Source of the DNA: Bacteroidales bacterium
Lineage (GTDB): Bacteria; Bacteroidota; Bacteroidia; Bacteroidales; UBA7960
Direction of reading: 5' to 3'
Length of the DNA stretch: 44,057 bases
NCBI GenBank assembly: GCA_007120085.1
Contig: SKOK01000019.1
Coordinates: 1-44,057, forward strand
The position numbers were made by a program, and so were the translations under genes. Below the pieces are notes generated by a model. The model was not told the origin of the DNA, did no database searches, and was given only the letters and a program-made list of their open reading frames with translations. The first letter of the stretch is position 1, and every line of letters starts with the position of its first letter. This document shows positions 42,691-44,057 of this stretch, in pieces.

Positions 42691-44057
42691 ATGCACATGC
42701 CCTTCCATTTCCCGGGGCTCTTCCCTGTCTGCAACAGGCACACCTTTACGCAGGGTTTCGCGCACTTCCCCACAGCGCAGCATCATATCTCCGAAGTAAG
42801 GGTTTTTAATCTCTTCAAACTCACTTAACCAATAGGCTCCGCGGTTATCATCATACATTGGACAGAAAGTCACATACCAGGTCTGGCCAATGGCACCCAG
42901 GGTGCGGGCCGTTACGATTAAGGCTTCCGAAAGGGGTTCGAAATGGACACGCATCTCTTCTTTGTTTGTCGAACCTATAAGCATTTCAATACTTTCTTCT
43001 ATATCTTCATACTGGTCGATCCAAAACACATGATGTGCTCCGTTGAGTGAATGCTTGCCAGTTTCAACCAATTGCTCTTTAAGCATCTGGCCCTTTCTTT
43101 GGGCTTGATCTGGGGCATCATCAGCCAAGTCATTTTTCAGATCGAAGTAGATCCGGAAAAGTTTTTCCAGGTTGCTTTTGAAGGGTTCGGGGATATCGGC
43201 TCTTTCGGGTGGGGCCATCATGCTGTAATGGCCGCGAAGCTGTGCCGCCGCATCAATGGCAAATACGCCACTTACAGCAATTTCTTCTCCTTCGGATAGT
43301 CCTGAAAGCACTGCGTAGCCATCGGCAGTGCGTGGCCCGGTTTCAATTTCGCGGAACTCAAAGGTGAAACCATTGTCCTGCGATCTTTTTACATAAACCA
43401 CCGAACGTTTTCCAGTCCAGAGTATGGCTGTTGCGGGAACTACCAACTGGTGCTGTCCTTCTCCTGTGAGGGTTGCATTGACCAACATACCGGGTTTGAG
43501 CATGTTGTTGGGATTGGACACCGTAAGTCTTACTCTTGCTGTTCGGGTAAGGGGATTTATAAAAGGGTCTATGAATTCTACCTGACCTGCGAGTTCTTTT
43601 CCCGGATGGGCGGGTAATACAACTTTTGCCTGATTACCTGTTTGAATTTGTCCAATTTGGTTCTCATAAGCATCCAATTCCACCCACACGGTTGCAAGAT
43701 CAGCGATGGCGAAAAGAGGTTGTCCCGTGCTTAAATATTCGCCTTCCGATACGGCACGTTTAGTAAGGTAGCCTGAGCTTGTGGCATAAAGGTCAGTGGT
43801 AGCCGATGCCTGTCCGCTTTCTTCAATGCGGTTGATTTGTGCTTCAGTTAGGCTAAACAGATTCAGCCTTTTCCGTGCTGCATGGTAAAGGCGTGGTTGG
43901 TCATCCTTACGTGCAGCGGCCTGAATAAGCTCCTGTTGTGCCTGCATTAATTCAGGCGAATAGATGGTGGCCAGCCTTTCTCCCTGACTGATAAATCTGC
44001 CGGTATAATCGGCATACAGCCGCTCTATGCGGCCGGGAAAATGGGCTGTAAGCATCC
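42688..44057 (-). CDS. Heavy-metal-type RND periplasmic adaptor (CusB-like) with a C-terminal DUF3347-like helical domain; 5' end outside the window
   Basis: It has the CusB-type motif RLATIYSPELMQAQQELIQA and barrel-sandwich/beta-barrel segments. The last roughly 170 aa are helical (LFRIYFDLKNDLADDAPDQAQRKGQMLKEQL...), and it ends His-rich (EGHVH). The ORF runs off the window edge. Confidence 0.8.
   Translation of the reverse strand, partial: MLTAHFPGRIERLYADYTGRFISQGERLATIYSPELMQAQQELIQAAARKDDQPRLYHAARKRLNLFSLTEAQINRIEESGQASATTDLYATSSGYLTKRAVSEGEYLSTGQPLFAIADLATVWVELDAYENQIGQIQTGNQAKVVLPAHPGKELAGQVEFIDPFINPLTRTARVRLTVSNPNNMLKPGMLVNATLTGEGQHQLVVPATAILWTGKRSVVYVKRSQDNGFTFEFREIETGPRTADGYAVLSGLSEGEEIAVSGVFAIDAAAQLRGHYSMMAPPERADIPEPFKSNLEKLFRIYFDLKNDLADDAPDQAQRKGQMLKEQLVETGKHSLNGAHHVFWIDQYEDIEESIEMLIGSTNKEEMRVHFEPLSEALIVTARTLGAIGQTWYVTFCPMYDDNRGAYWLSEFEEIKNPYFGDMMLRCGEVRETLRKGVPVADREEPREMEGHVH

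Overview
This 44-kb window looks like chromosomal DNA from a Bacteroidota-type genome. The evidence is the parA-parB-DUF5683-dapB-lepB synteny, a GLPGLI-family gene next to a CarboxypepD_reg/beta-barrel OMP, a TolC-MFP-RND gene order, A/C-rich leaders without Shine-Dalgarno sequences, and TAnnTTTG-like -7 boxes. I can support about 32 protein genes, mostly housekeeping: kdsD, recQ, an OmpH-like gene, dCMP deaminase with a P-loop kinase, csp, pckA, an RND efflux operon, yggS, guaA, a LysM protein, lolA-like/ftsK, an arginine-decarboxylase-like gene, lepB, dapB, parAB, a GH3 + beta-lactamase fusion, MATE, rlmI, nhaC and a partial CusB-like adaptor. I saw no rRNA, tRNA, CRISPR array, transposase or integrase. 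Three things stand out. (1) A dispersed family of period-7 tandem arrays shares the core ATGGTTAYGGGTTCAT. Three copies start directly at stop codons, and two copies in inverted orientation flank a 640-bp intergenic region packed with long hairpins. (2) The pckA reading frame lacks a stop at its native C-terminus and continues for 209 codons into an AT-richer module I cannot assign. (3) The 39.7-40.6 kb zone shows gene decay, including a frameshifted ModE-like wHTH remnant. All functional calls rest on motifs read by eye; no database search was run.
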